Shown: one piece after another, positions 34,331 through 47,401 of the stretch
How the letters are laid out: every line of letters begins with the position of its first letter
Numbering within the stretch: position 1 is the stretch's first letter
NCBI GenBank assembly: GCA_036172245.1
Contig: JAYWIR010000016.1
Span: forward strand, 1,178,001-1,242,000
Length of the DNA stretch: 64,000 bases
DNA from: Raillietiella orientalis
Taxonomy: Eukaryota
Direction of reading: 5' to 3'
Made by a program: the position numbers and the translations under genes
The notes under the pieces: model-generated
What the model saw: the letters and a program-made list of their open reading frames with translations, nothing else
Told to the model about the DNA's origin: nothing
Databases searched by the model: none

Positions 34331-35139
34331 GGTGAGATTGGAACGAAATTGATCCGAGAACCCTCCTCCCCACCCTTCCCCAGAAGAGGTCTTTCAGCAA
34401 GTTCTAAGGAAGCACTGTCGGTCAGCAGAAGCCCCCCAGTGACCCATGTTTGGACTTGCTGGAGACTCCCGAGCGTTCCGAAAGCAGGTGGGAAAGGGTG
34501 GGTTCCCGCCGAGCGCGTCGTTCCCCGGAGACCTATCCATGAATACGTGATGACATTTCTCGTTTCCTGGGGAGTCTCATCGCACTAGCAAGACACGATG
34601 GGCAGCATCTCCTTAACTCGCTCCCCGGCCTTTGGCCAAGGTCGCTCACAACGCCGGATCCCGGTGTCGCGGAACTTTCCAGAAACCCTCCCTGCTCACA
34701 GTGATGCCTGGAAGATAACCGGCTCCACCCTCCGGCTTGCACCTCAAAAGCCACACGCCGTAGAGATGGCTGCGGGGATTTGAAGGCGGAGTGGAAGCGT
34801 TCTCAGCCTCTGGACCAAAGGTTGCTTGCCAGACGCCCGCCTTTCACGCGGTGCGATGGGCGTTTAAACAAGCGGAACCGACGGTGGCGGTCGGAGGGAT
34901 GGCGGCCTTCGATTCCCCGGTGAGAAGGAGGTTTGCATCCGCCATTCGGACAGCATCAGCGCAACCCGGCATGCAGCTTTCGTACTCAGGAGCCCCGGGG
35001 ATGGGGAACAGACCGGATCATGCACTGGGACTTCACGCAACGATTCTCCGCCAACGGGCACTCCATTCACAACGGAGTGCCGATTTTACCTTCCAGACCT
35101 TCCACCTAGACGGTAGCCATCCATCTGGGATGGGGGGAA

Positions 35140-35910
35140 AGCAGCAAACGGATAAGCGGATGGTCGGCTCGAGAGGTTTCGGCCGATCCCGCGCACCGCG
35201 TGTTCGCGCCCAAGGACTGCGCTGAGGGGGGCGCATCATCTCGACACCTCCCCGGATGCGCTGCTGGCTCCCACCGTCCTCCTCTACGGTTCAGCGCATG
35301 TCTTCCTGCGGAAAGGCGCTCTTCTTGCACTGGAGGCTTCCCGTGCGAGCGACGACACCGGACGGGCCAGACGCAGGGCGACAGAACTCCCCCCCCCGCA
35401 CCTGCCTCAGGGCCGCGGCTTCCTTTGCTGGCAACGAGAGGCGGCAACCTTCTTGGACCCGAGGGACTCCCCTCGGCATCTTCTGCGGCGGTTCCTCAAG
35501 CCGACAGGACTCTCTCCGTCGCCCGGACGCAACGGCGCCGCATCCGCACGGAGGCAGCACCGGAGGACGGCCGCCCACCTCGTCCCCCGCGTGACGGGAA
35601 GGGTGGCGAGGGTCGCGACTCCCCTCCACAAGCGCCTGGATAGCGGAAAGCCCGCAGGAAAGCCGCGGCTGGTGACCCTCCCTCCTACACTTCCCGGAAA
35701 CGTTTGCGCTCGGCGTTTCCCCGTGTCCCCATGCGTGTTTCTGCATACACACATGTGTGCGTACGTTTATTTCCTTTGATTTCCCTCCATGGCCTGCTGA
35801 TTGGCTGTGCCTTCTTAGCCGCCGACCGGCGTGTGGGCTTTCTCTGAACCGTTCCTCCGGGGCGCACTGACGGCTGCTTTTCTCAACGACCCTCAGTGAC
35901 CGAGTTGAAA
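35140..35910 (-). repeat. ~770 bp dispersed repeat, copy 2 (inverted relative to 605-1375)
   Basis: Near-identical reverse complement of 605-1375. Confidence 0.97.
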
Positions 35911-36084
35911 ACTACTGCTTCATCTATGCTGCACGACTGAACCTCCCGATCGGAGAAACCAAAGGAAGAGAGAGGAAGGTAACCCGAGTGGGGTCGCTGA
36001 GAGGTGTCTAGCGCCTGGGATTTTTTACCAGTGCTTGAGGCATCCTCGACTGACGGAGGTGTCTTGTCAGGAAAAGGCAGTCCG

Positions 36085-36760
36085 CGTTGGTGGCCGCGTG
36101 GCTGTGATCTCCGCGCGTTGCACCGAAAGCTGCGAGATCGAAACACCTCATGGGGGATCAACCCCTTGGTTTGAGTCCCTCTTGCAAAATGACGCTGACT
36201 GGCCTGTGGGCTTCAGGTGCAGCACTGGTGGAAGCAGTCGAAAGCGGATGCCCCTTTTGACCGGCAGGGATTGGAAATCGGTCCTTCCAGGACATCAAGG
36301 AGCCCTTCGGGGTTTCCCTCTGATTGTGCAAATGGATCCTCTGACACCCCCTCGAAGGGTTGCTTTTTCAGAGTAAGAAAAGCACAACTCCTTCCGGAGA
36401 GCGACCCTCCAGAGAATTGGCAAGCGTCCCTTTGGGGTCCTCTCCAAAGGAGGAAACAGGGAGCGGTTCCCTTATGGTTTTTTACCGGAGAAGAAATTTG
36501 AGGAGCGGATCCTCCTAGTCATTCTTTTTCCTAGTTCGCTTCGTAGAAGGAACGAGGAGTGGCTCTCTCTAGGGGGTTCCTCTGAATAGAACGAGGAAGA
36601 GGTTCCCTTCGGGGTTCTCTTCGGAGACCACCAGGGCGAAGGTTCCCTTTGGGGTTCCCTCCCGAGCGTAAGAGGAACGGAATCGTTCCTCAGGAGCTTT
36701 CCCGGTTTTCATGGGGTGATCCCCTTTGAGGTGTCCTTTAAATTGAAGAATCAGCATGAA
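36085..36760 (+). mobile_element. tRNA-derived SINE-like element
   Basis: tggtggccgcgtgg head, ggtttgagtccc, atgacgctgactggcctgtgggcttcaggtgcagcactggtg body, ccttccaggacatcaaggagcccttcgggg, repeated ccttcggggttctcttcggaga tail. Confidence 0.75.
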
Positions 36761-37134
36761 TCCTCGGGTGGCATGAGACAGTGTTAGTGAGCTTTGTGAG
36801 CTCCCTCTAAGGAAGCGAACGGTTCTTGGATACTTAGCAAACTTCCCCTTCCCCCTCCGTCCCCCCCAAAAAGGCATTCAGAGGGTGCTGAAGTCTGGTG
36901 TTAGGCAGGAGTCAACCCCTGGTGTGGGCTCTTCGCGAAAGACCTGAATTGATGTTCCCTAAGGGTAACGACATCCCGTACTTCTAGGGGCAACAGGACC
37001 ATAATACCCTACTCTTTCTGGTACTTTAAGGGTACGAAAGCGGCGTTCAGGAAAGTCTGGGAACAGAAGGAAGCGAAATGTCGTAGAAGCGCTCTGCTCA
37101 TGTTCAACATGCGTTCCTCGTTATCGTCTGTCAC

Positions 37135-37490
37135 TCCTCTGGAGAGAACCCCGGAAGGAGCAGAGCGCTTCTTGACACTCTAGAGAGGCATCAATCAACC
37201 AGCTCCATGGTGCTCTACGGAGAGTCCCTATTCCCTAGGAAGGGGTCGATAGCTCCATTTTCGCAACCGGAAGGAAATTCCAAAGAGGACTCACTTCCTG
37301 ATGTCCTGGGAGGACCCCGGAGGCTCAATAGGGGCATCTTCTTTTCACTAGTGCTGCGTCCGAAGCCCACAGGCCAGTCAGCGTCCTACTGCGTGAGGGA
37401 CTCGAGACCCACGACGCACACTTATTTTTCTGGCGTCGATTCCCCATGCGGGCTTTGGGTGCCACGCGCGGAGATCGCAACCACGCGGAC
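37135..37490 (-). mobile_element. tRNA-derived SINE-like element (partial), facing the 36085 copy
   Basis: ccgaagcccacaggccagtcagcgtc and gggactcgagacccacgacgcac are reverse complements of the family body; cgcttcttgacact shared with 33047-33060. Confidence 0.7.
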
Positions 37491-37719
37491 TGCCTTTTTC
37501 GTCTTTCCTGTCAAGACACGACTGTCAGGCGAAGATACCTCAAGCATTGGTTGAAAATCCCATCTGCCAGACACCTCTCAGAGACCCCACTCGCACTACC
37601 CACCCTCTTCACGTCGAATACTCTGTCAGCCAGTTTCTTCGGAGCCTGGATCCGAGAGATGATGAAGCATTGCGGAAATCTCTCAGCTGCTGACTAGATG
37701 TGACGTTCGGTGCTTTCCA

Positions 37720-39600
37720 CGAGACGCCCGGTTCAAAAGACGTCGACTGAAGCCGTATTTCGTGTCATCCTTTAGGCGGGCACAGGGTCAGCTTCCCTTA
37801 GCTCCTTCAAGAGGATCCACAGGTCGAGCGGCTCGAACTGCTACCAGAGCACTCGGTCTCGTCCCCATCCCTGCTTGAGAAAAATCCATATCCTTTGAAT
37901 GGCTCACCGTAATCAGCAGACGATGGCCTGATCTTCGAGAGTTCAATGATCGCGAAGCACCAGTGGGATGATTGCCAGATCACATCCATCTAAAATCGAA
38001 ATGCATCTTTTCCTTCCTTTGAGCACGGTCAGGCTCAAAATGAGAATTCCCATTTTTTCTGCGCCTCTCTTGCAAGAGGTTCCGGGAGATGGTGGTTTGC
38101 TGCGAATGGCTACGCGGAAGCCGGGTCTTTCGAAACCATCGACTTTCTCCAGCAGGATATCTTGTCATCGAATAGGGAAGCGCGAACGAAAAATCCTCGA
38201 GGTTCGCTCGTCAACCGTACACCCTCCCGAGAATCGGAAAGAGAGGAAAGGAAGGAAGAGACTCTTTGAACCCAGTGGCCCTTGGAAGGTTCTTCATTCC
38301 GCAGGACACTGGATGTTGCACCAAAGATCCTGGGAAGGAGCCTGCTGGCTTCCTGATACCGGATGCGGAAACACGAGTTCTCCGAGGGGAAGCGAGCCGA
38401 GAACTTGAGCTCAAAATGCCAACTGCACATCGGGACTTCCAGAAGAAAAAGCAGCACGTCTAAGGATTCGTCCTGCACACAGACGAGATGCCACGGAAGG
38501 GGGGAGGAACGCCCGAGGGAGGAACTTTTGGTGGATGCAGCAGCAACGGACCGGCCTGGATGCCCTCCTCTGACCACCTGAACGACTGGATTGTCCACTG
38601 GATGCCGTCTGCGACGTGGACAAAAACCTCCTCTGCCAAATATCCGTGACTGGGGAGGGAGGGATGCTCCCGGTGCACCTGCCTTTCCTCCACGGGAACA
38701 GCTGGGACTTCCGTGTTCCCCCGCGTAAAATCAGCAGTTCAGCATCCGGCAGCGGCGGTATACAAACTGAGAAAAAAGAGATCCAGCTGGTGAAACGAAT
38801 GTTTGCATCCTGCTGCGCTATGCGGTTTCACGAACATTCGGGATGAAAGTCATGCCCAGAAAAATGAGACTCCAAAGTTTAGGTGAGCTGTGAGCAGCCT
38901 GAAGCTGGTTGAGACTAAAAAAAAAAGAGGTTGCCCGCTGTCCAAGGGCTGCTGCAGCCCTTCAACAATAAAGAGATTGCTGCAGGACGGGAGCCATCAG
39001 AATTGGGATCGATTGAACCATACTCGGCGACTGTTCGCATGGACCACTCGCCCACATCAGGTCTCAAGGATCTCCACCGGTGCATTTGCCCCTTTCACCA
39101 AGGTCTCAGATGGTGGCGGCTCCAGGCGAGCTCTTGCCCCGAGTCCTACCATGTTCACCGTCGCCATCCTCTAACGTCGAGACGCCGGGACGCAGGAACG
39201 GTTGTGTCCTGAGTGGTTGGGAGGGAGAGGGGGGAAAGCGGTAGGCTCGATGTTTGAGAGCCATCGGCTTTCTGGGTTGGCCGCTTCAGCAGGTGAGTCT
39301 CCATGCACGCACCCCTTTGCAGATTCCATGGCCACCGTCCTAATGCTGCCCACAGGGCAGCCAACACCTTTCGCGGGATCTGATGGACGTCGTGTCGGGC
39401 GCCGCAGCAACCCAGAGTTTGGTTCGTCCCGCAGCGCCCGTTCATCTTCGAAGCGAGCCCGGTCGCCGGGCGATCCTGGATTCCAAATTTCGTCCGCCTC
39501 ACTTTTCAGTACAGTACACGTCTGGGATTGTGCTGCGCTTTCGAAACGGTACACGCCCTCACTACAGACAGCAAGACATCTTCCCTGGGGGTTCCAAGTA
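37720..39600 (-). mobile_element. Probable decayed Mutator/MULE-like transposase with downstream Ulp1 (C48)-like protease
   Basis: Ordered degenerate motifs across frames: RRTKFGIQDRPATGLA, ACMETHLLKR (CxxH-like), EWSM..GSIDPNSDG..SNLFIVEG (TNNxxE-like), RCT..HGYL (SWIM-like), then NSHF, HWCFAIIE and RLKDDTKYGF (QxxxxxCG-like). Recognised by eye only. Confidence 0.45.
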
Positions 39601-40299
39601 ATGAGGGGAAATAAAAATAAAAGAAAATCTAATCAGCAAAGTGTCTGCATGGGCTCAAACGTGTGTACATATGTGTTCATGCATAGGCAAGCATTTACAC
39701 GTAATAATGCCTTGTATTTTACAAATGAATAGGTATTTGCACGGATATGTTTGTACAGATGATTGAATTCACAATCACGGTGAGCATTCGTTTCGGTCAT
39801 TTCAATTTTCTCAGATGGCTTGTCTGAAAGGCGTCATGGCAACAGACATCCTTGGAGCACTTGCTGTTTACGGGCTGACAGCAAGCAAGCATGACGTCCG
39901 TCGGTGCGTCGTCTACTGGTATCGCATATGTGGCGGCTTCAGGAGACCTCACATTCTAACAATGCGTCGTGATTCTGCATCTTCTCTTGGCAATCGCACT
40001 TCTAAATTTTAGGCAGAAGGCCTCTGGAGCAGGGAGAGAGTTTGTTACCACCCGGAGCTAGTCTTAGAGAATTTCTGAAAAGAGCCGTTCCATTAAGGTG
40101 ACGTCAACTTGATAGCTTACGCTATCATTGGTTAAAACGACTGACGTAGAGGGATCGAAGTTGTCAAGCTGACGGGGGGATGCGTCAAGTATCTGCGTTA
40201 CCTGTCCATGGTGTGCACACTTCGTAAGTGTGCACATCGTGGACCACATGCAGCCCGTCGTGACTGCAACGCCGCAGGTTTGGAGACTGTAGCTTGTAA

Positions 40300-41400
40300 A
40301 CCTTCTTCCTTGTTCTCAATCTTCCCTGAGGCGTTTTCTCCTAACGTCTCAAGCGTTCGACGTCTTCAAATTTTTTGCGAGCTGGAAAATTCCTTCTCCT
40401 GCAATCAGGAAGAACCCCGAATGTCCAAAATGTGCTGAGATGTTCAAAATGTGCTGACATGTCCAAAATGTTGAGATGCAGAGCGCATCAGTTGGCTTCA
40501 TCCACGGCTTTGCAGCCAGTTCGCTCTCTAGACACGTGAGCTCTCTGAACGAAGCAGAGAACAAGCGCTTCTTCCCAGCCTCCCCGCTGCAGTGTTGTTT
40601 CAGGTACGTTCCAGAAAGCTCGTTCGCTCCTGCTTGCTCCTATCGGGAATTTTCAGGCGTAAAATCGACCTACTTTCCGCTCACATTTCCTGCCAGTACA
40701 GCCGTGCATCGATAGAGATGCAAGGAAGTAATTAATTTATGGTCCTCCGAAAGCTGCGTGTTCGATTTGTGTCTGGTTCCATTAACCAGACAGACAGAAT
40801 CCGGAAAATCGTGCCTTCGCCGACCATCCCCAGGAACTCGGAGCGTTTCCGTGCCCTCCTCAGGCGGAAGATTCTTCTCCGCGCACCTGCATCGCTGGAG
40901 CATATTTTTTTCCACGATGTGCCACCTTTGGGATGGCTCCCGATTCAGCCCGCATATTCGAAGCTTTTTGGAATGCTCTTTTGTCAGATGAATCCTTCGT
41001 GATGCGATGAGAGCGGCGGATACCACTGCTGGTACAATCCTTCCCGAAATCCTTGTCCTCGAGATCGCTATTTCGGACGTGACATCATAAGCGCTGAATG
41101 CATGTTATTTATTTATTCAGCAGTCCTTCCGTTCCACGGCGGCGGTTTCGTGCCAGCAGATTAAGAACCCTTTAGTGACCACTGATTTCCGGCTGCGAGC
41201 AGCAGCGTCCTATGGGAGAAGACCGGCAATTGTGGCACGTGTGCCTGCAACCAGTCATGGTCGCTCAATCAACGGGTTCTTGCAATGTCTTGCAGCTGAA
41301 CTTAACCAAATGGCCTCGGGCAATTAGCGGCGAACGCCTTCTTCTGGTGCAGCTGCTGCCCACCAGCGAAACCAGGGTGAGATTAGCAGGATCCGGTTTC
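40300..41400 (-). mobile_element. Possible CACTA/EnSpm-Plavaka-like transposase relic
   Basis: FAANCPR (DxPAR-like), GHLVKFSC (GHxxxxxCxxC-like), MKP..HFGHSGFF..GEG (PKxH..FG..E-like); heavily frameshifted. Confidence 0.3.
40421..40478. repeat. Three tandem copies of a ~19-bp unit
   Basis: atgtccaaaatgtgctgag / atgttcaaaatgtgctgac / atgtccaaaatgttgag. Confidence 0.9.
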
Positions 41401-41449
41401 AGGAGTTCCAGACTTCACCCTGAAATGTCGTCATTGGATTCGTCCTGAA

Positions 41450-43285
41450 ATGTCAGAATGCCAGCCAAAGCTTCGGGATGGGTGGCGATCACATGACTGC
41501 CACGGTTACTACCACTACATGGCTTGCTTTCTCCTTTTCTTCCATGCGAGCAGTTCTCCGAAGAACGCTTCCTCCCTTTCATTGAGTCCTGATTCTCCCA
41601 AGGGCAGGTACTTGAAGTATTTCGACGCTCCGTCGGGGGACTTCTACGTCGCAGAAGTCTGGTCTGGTCCGGCTGTCTCCAAAAGGCAGAGCAGGCGCTC
41701 GGCCCGTTCCTGGAGGGCAAGTTTTGTCGAAACGGGTCATGGTGAGAAACACGTTCGTGTGCCCCCGTTCCTCCTCCCTCTGCTTGTGCTTGTTTGTCCA
41801 TCCATTACATCCCCTCCCGAGAAGTGAAAAATCAGACCGAGGATTTCTTGAGGAAGGCCCTTTGGGGCACAGACAAGTCCCGAGTCCTCTTGAAGGACTT
41901 GTGTGCTCCGCGTCGGGATGGTGATCACGACCTACTGACACTGGAGCTCCTGGAGCATCAGCTTCAGTGGAGAACGTTAGCATCTTAGCGCAGTTGCGGA
42001 ACTCCAGCCGGTGAGCACCTGCACGCCTCCTAGTCAGGCAAGCCACAGGGTGCGAGGAACTTCCTTCCTTGCACGCCGCCGCCGCGACGTGGTCCACTGC
42101 GGAATTCAGCAGCAGTTCTCCCTGGTCAGTTCATTCACCCTCTGGAGGGAAGGTGAGCTGACCAGCAAGAACTGCTGGCTCTCCTTCCGCCCCGCGAACG
42201 GTTGTGTCTGGCTGCAGGGAACCGTTCGCACGTGGGCGAAGAAGCGCAGCGAAGCCAGCCCGGAGTCATGGCAGCGACTGCTACACTCTGACCACAGCGG
42301 ATGCTCACTCCTAGAGATCGTGCACTGTATGAAGTGTGAGTAGGCCGGAACAGCCTCTCTTGATGTCGGACCGTCCTTTCTGAGGGAGCACCTAGGCATC
42401 AATCTACCATCAAGTGGAAGGTCTCCTGCGAGGCGAACTCCAAGAGGAAAGAACTAGGTGGTTGGACCATGGATCAGCTCCCGGACGCTGCAACCCCAAG
42501 TGCTTCAATGAACAGACTCTTGCATTGGAGAGAGCTGCTGGGAATTCCATCTGAACACTTCGACTGGTTCTCATTGCTGACAAACTCTCGCACCCTCCCT
42601 CTTAAGTGGCAGAAGTCGGCGACGCTGCTGTCGCACTGGGTTCTCCCGTGAGACGCCCGCCGACATTACTGGACCCGGAGGTGTATGAATCCCAACTGCA
42701 GCGGGAGCGAAGAAGGAGAGACCCCGCGCACCTGCTTGTGAAATGTGTTGCCCTCCAGCCCCTGTGGGAGCTCTTTGTTACGACCCTTCGGATCCCCATG
42801 GGCAACCCCAGAGATGTTCTCAAGCGCCTCTTTGTGAGTGATGCCTTACCGCCAGGCACGTCTCTAACAGCTCTTTGTCGCCTGCTTGGGATTGTGGTTG
42901 CCTGGGGCGCCCCCGAAAGAGGAGGAAACGACAGGGACGCCATCCACTTCTTAGTCCACTTCCTAAGGATTGCAGAGGGATGGCTCCACCTGGATGATGT
43001 TCAGGAGGAAATTGCTGGCATCCGGGAAAAAATGTAGGGGACGCCAGCCAGCAGGCAGTGACCCCTTCCCGATACTCCAGAAGTTTTCATATTTATTTTC
43101 ATTTATTTATTTTATTTTTGGTTTGTTGCCTTTCCCTCTGGTGCCGAGGCGAACCTAGCCATTCTGCGTCCCGACTTCTCTGCAGGTTTCCCTTAAATAA
43201 ACCCATGGCAGCACCAAGCGTCCAGCCATTGCTTCTGTGGGTTTCTTCTTATTTCAAAATTAAACGCCCTGGCGCACCCAGATGC
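41450..43285 (+). mobile_element. Tx1/L1-like ORF2 C-terminal half plus 3' UTR (decayed)
   Basis: YLKYFDAP, LWGTDKSRVLLKDLCAPRRDG, LPLKWQKSATLLSHWVLP, HLLVKCVALQPLWELF..WLHLDDVQEEIAGIREKM; tail TTAAACGCCCTGGCGCACCCAGATG. Confidence 0.85.
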
Positions 43286-43689
43286 AAAGACCCGCCGACT
43301 CTCCACCAGACATCTTCTCACCCTTGTGGTCGTAATCCCTCCGCATTGGCATCATCGTAAGGTCATGCATTCAGTCACTTCTCACCTTGAGGCGACAAAC
43401 AGTCGCAAATGCAAGACGAGTTGCCTACAGGAGACGGAGCTTCCACCCTGATCGTAACGGTCGAAGATTGCAACATTTGAATGCTGCGAGGCAGATCCTC
43501 ACTCGGTGACACCGGGTCATTATTTAAGGGATTTAAACAGACGAAAGGAAAACTCTGCTCCCGGAACAGCGAAAGCATCATGAAGAAATGGAAAAGAAGC
43601 ACCGGCACTGAGGTCGAATTTCTTAAAGTCCGGAGCAGGAGGAAGGGGACAAGACATAAACAAATAAAAGTGGAGGGTGGGATCGTTGG

Positions 43690-44450
43690 TCTGTCTCGTT
43701 TCTCCTTGGAAAACCGGAAAAAGTCCAGAACGAATTGACGGTGTAAATTTAAAAAAGCAAAGAAAGTGGAGTGAGGACAGTGGTCACCGGTGATGTATGT
43801 TCTTCCTTTTTAGAACTGACGCTGAAAGCCGGCGATCTCCTTCTCGACTTCAAGGTGAGCTCGCTTAGCAACCGTCCTCATGAGGGCGGGTACCACACAG
43901 GTGACCTTCCTTCCCTGTGTCAGAAACTCCATCAAATGGCGGGCTGTGACGATGGTGCAGATACAGCATACTGTCGCAATCGTGGCGCCTGCTGTGACTC
44001 CTCCCCTCGCGAAGAATCGCCGCAGCAAGTTCTTGGTGGTGTCCTCGGGATGCAGGAGATGATCCAGGAATTCTTGCTCCAGAAACTTTGTTGAAGGCCA
44101 GCCTCCGTCAAAGTTCCTGGAGGGCACCACAGCAGGTGCAGAATCTATTCGATCACTTTAAACAGTTTGGGGACGCAAGTCTACCGGCAACCAGGTGCCC
44201 GCTCTTGCCGTACTCGAAACCCCGGTGGGGAAACGGCAGGACATACTTCTCCCACTTCAGTGGGAACACGGAAGTGTTCGCTCACAGGGGAGGGACGCAG
44301 CAAGTTTTTCGTGGGGCTTATTCACCAGCTCGCTCAATCGAAGCCGTCCCTTTTCCCGCTGACGCTGAATGACGGGGTCCAGTAGTTCCCTGGACTTCCA
44401 ACCACCCAGGAGTTTGGTTCTTCCTGCAGTGGTGCGAGGAAGATGACGTT
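43690..44450 (-). mobile_element. Non-LTR 3' fragment
   Basis: ORF 43810..44130 NLLRRFFARGGVTAGATIATVCCICTIVTARH..AHLEVEKEIAGFQRQF. Confidence 0.7.
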
Positions 44451-44978
44451 CCTGCAAACGCTTCATCGACGGCATCCTTCACCCCTTCCCTTCTCCTCAC
44501 CCTCTGATTTGAAGACTGCATCATTTAAAAGTGATCCCTGTTGCTGACACACCATCCGTTGCTGATGGATTTTTTCTGCATCGGATGAGAAACGCATCCC
44601 TTTTTAATCCCTGAAGTCGCCCTGCAGCGTCCAAAGGAACGGTCGTGCCGTCCCTGGCAAATGGTGAAAAGTGCGTCGTGAGACCTTTTTGTTGGGACAT
44701 CCGTCTGCGATGGCTCCCCTCGTCTCTTCATTCTCAGCTGAAGAGGGATCTGTCGATACCCCGGGTTCAAGCAGTTCTTCGTTCAAAATGGACGTTCCCT
44801 TCAAAGGAAGCATCTCCTTTAGGAGGAGAAATCATGTAGAGATGCTGGATGGGTTGACTCCTTTCTGAATGCTTGCGGTCGGCCCGTCGGAAGAGTGAAG
44901 CAGCCTGCCTGCTGGCAGCCTTACGAACCACGAAGAGCGGCGGCAATCCTCGTCGCCAGCGCACCTCACTGTTTGTCA

Positions 44979-45001
44979 AGAGAGAGAGAGAGAGAGAGAG
45001 A
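44979..45001. repeat. (AG)n microsatellite
   Basis: About 11 AG units. Confidence 0.9.
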
Positions 45002-45433
45002 AGGGGCAAGAGTCCAGCGTGAAATCAATTCTGCCTCATGTCACCATACACTGATTCCCCGTCCTCGCCTTTCTTTCGCTGACCTTGTTTTTCGAAGGGA
45101 GATGCAACTTCGAGGGCGCAGGCTCAATTGGATTCATCCACTGTGTTCGTGCTCAGAAGATGCATCATCTTGGGTGAATGGGAAGGTAGCACCAAGAGGG
45201 AGCGCACGGTCTCAGGCGGCTCCCGCGCACGGCTCGTTGCCGAGGAGATGAAGGAGCCGCAAGAAAAGCCATTAGAGGTCGGAAGGCTTGCCTTTTCCCC
45301 TGTCCTCGCCCTCCACCTTCTCTCTTCTGTTACCTTCGTCGCAGGTCACGCGGAGACGCCACCCTGTTCTCAGGCCACATCCCCCACCCGTTTTACAGAT
45401 TCTCCTCCTCCTCCTCCTCCCTTCTGCTCCTCT

Positions 45434-45700
45434 TCCCGGATACCCGGGTCGTTCATTTCGAATAAACGGATAAATCGAAAGAAAGCAGCTGGAGACTGAA
45501 ATGCACTGACCCGAATCTAAAGGGACTCCCCTCGCAGCAGACAGAACTACGAAGGACTGGAGGAGGGAGGAGGGGGAGGCAGTAAATAAATAAATAAATA
45601 AATAGGGAATGGGATGGACCAGTCTCACGGTATTCCTCTGGATTCCCAAGGGTTAGCGTTGGATAGGGCAGGGATGGAATGCGGGGTGGGCAGGGTGCTC
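45434..45700 (-). mobile_element. Non-LTR 3' UTR/tail fragment
   Basis: (TTTA)n tract then AAATGAACGACCCGGGTATCCGGG terminal hairpin. Confidence 0.6.
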
Positions 45701-46399
45701 TCACCGGTTTTGGGTTGGTCGGCCCAAGAGCTCTTGATGATTCCTTCGAGCCGCCCGTCCCGGAGTGGGCCATTTTTCGTGGCCCTTCGTATGTGAGAGA
45801 AGATGGCAATTCCAAGTGGCTCTCCGGGATGTCAGCCGCGTTCGTCCACCCCTCATTTTTCAGACTTTGTTGCTCGCACGTAGCAGAGCATCGTCAGGCA
45901 CGAGGCTACCGGCCAGCCTGGAGACGTGGATATCTCCCTCTTCAGAGGTCTCCTGGGATGGCACCGTGGAGCGGAGTGCCTCAGCGATGCGTACCCATCC
46001 CTGACGCAGTTTCCTGCATTCCAGCATTAGCCTAACCTACGGGGGAGTGTCTCCATCATCTCGAAGTGAAGGCACCCCTTGGGCACGAGGCATGGTAGCC
46101 TCCTCAATCACACCCTCAAGATAGAGGTCTTCTGGCACTGGAGAGGCCAGACGGAAGCGCCGACCTGGAAGCACCGATTCTCAAAGTTCTCTCGGGAGAT
46201 TCTATCCATCTTCGGGGACCCTGAGCTGAAACTTCGAGAGTGGCCTCGTTCTTCTGGAGAAAGGTTTTCCACTGGTCAGTGGGCCTGGTGATCCGGAGAT
46301 ACGGCAGCTCGCCTGCTGCTCTGAAGGAGCATCTTCGTTCTCCTGGTCCCAACGAAGAATCAATGAATGCACGGCGTCCTCATTGGTGATGAGCTCAGA

Positions 46400-47280
46400 T
46401 GCGGGGAGTGGTCTTCAGCAGCGCCATCGGGATTCCTGTTGGGGGGAGGTTCGTGTGCTCCCTGTGAGGGGACACCGCGATCCCTGCTGACCTTCCCTCA
46501 TCGAACGGACAGCGTTCGCGGTTGCCTCCCCACCATCGCTTCGTGGCTGTGGCTCCCCCTCAACTCGCTGAAATGCGAACAGGGGGTTCATCACGGGGAA
46601 ACGGGTGCGGATGCTCCTCTCAGGAGATGGGTGCTGCACGGGAATGGGAAGCTGCGGCACATTTGGGACCACCGCATGAGAAAGCGTCCGCCTCGTCGTC
46701 GGGAGGCACGACGGCCCCCCCGCTGGGGCCAAATCCAAGAGAAGACGCGGAAAGACCAGTACGTACCATACCGGAAGCCTCCTGCCGGCGAAACTGACCT
46801 CTTTCTTCGGAAGATCGGCGTCCCAGGTGCCTGCCGTTCCTCCGCGAGAGCCAAGCATCTCGAGCTGGCTCTCACCCGTTTCCCTTCGGAGGCGCACGGA
46901 GGGTCGATCCAGAGACTGGCAGCAGGCTCTTTGGGGTGTCCTGCTGCACGAGGGAGTGGCCCTAGCGCTGCAGATCTTGCGGGTAGCGGGATGGCGAGTC
47001 CCAGTGCAGGGCATGGACGTGCAGTCCCAGTCCCAGTTCCAGCTCCACGGAGTACGAGACGGCGAGACTTCACCCACGCCATTTGTTCAGAATGGAGGAA
47101 CGACGTTGCCGGGACGACCGGTCCTCCTTCCATCGTCTCTCAACCGCGAAGCTGATCCAGGCAAAGCCCCCATTTCGTCATGATGAACTTTTGAACTCCT
47201 CGTTGGTCCGAAAGTCAACACATGGAACTGCCAACTTGCCCTGCGGAGTCTCTCTTTCGGATGCCCCCAGCGCGACTTGA
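46400..47280 (-). mobile_element. Decayed non-LTR ORF1-like fragment
   Basis: LPKKEVSFAGRRLPVWYV parallels LSHKLEVCQEAVDLWYV of the 26606 ORF1. Confidence 0.4.
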
Positions 47281-47401
47281 ACCCTTCACTTCAGAGGCGC
47301 GCCGTAAATTCATGGGAAGACCACTGCATGCGAAGAAAATTGGCTAATGGAAGGAGCTGGAAGGAAGTAGGGAGGGTTCGAAAGAGGAAGAGGTAGGATT
47401 G

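Noticed and set aside
605..35910. Giant TIR transposon (Polinton-like) carrying host genes
   Set aside because: No TSD, no recognisable terminal motif, and no polymerase, integrase or capsid inside.
36900..37140. Hammerhead or HDV-like ribozyme
   Set aside because: Hairpins exist but no CUGANGA/GAAA core or HDV pseudoknot could be built by eye; an Infernal search would settle it.
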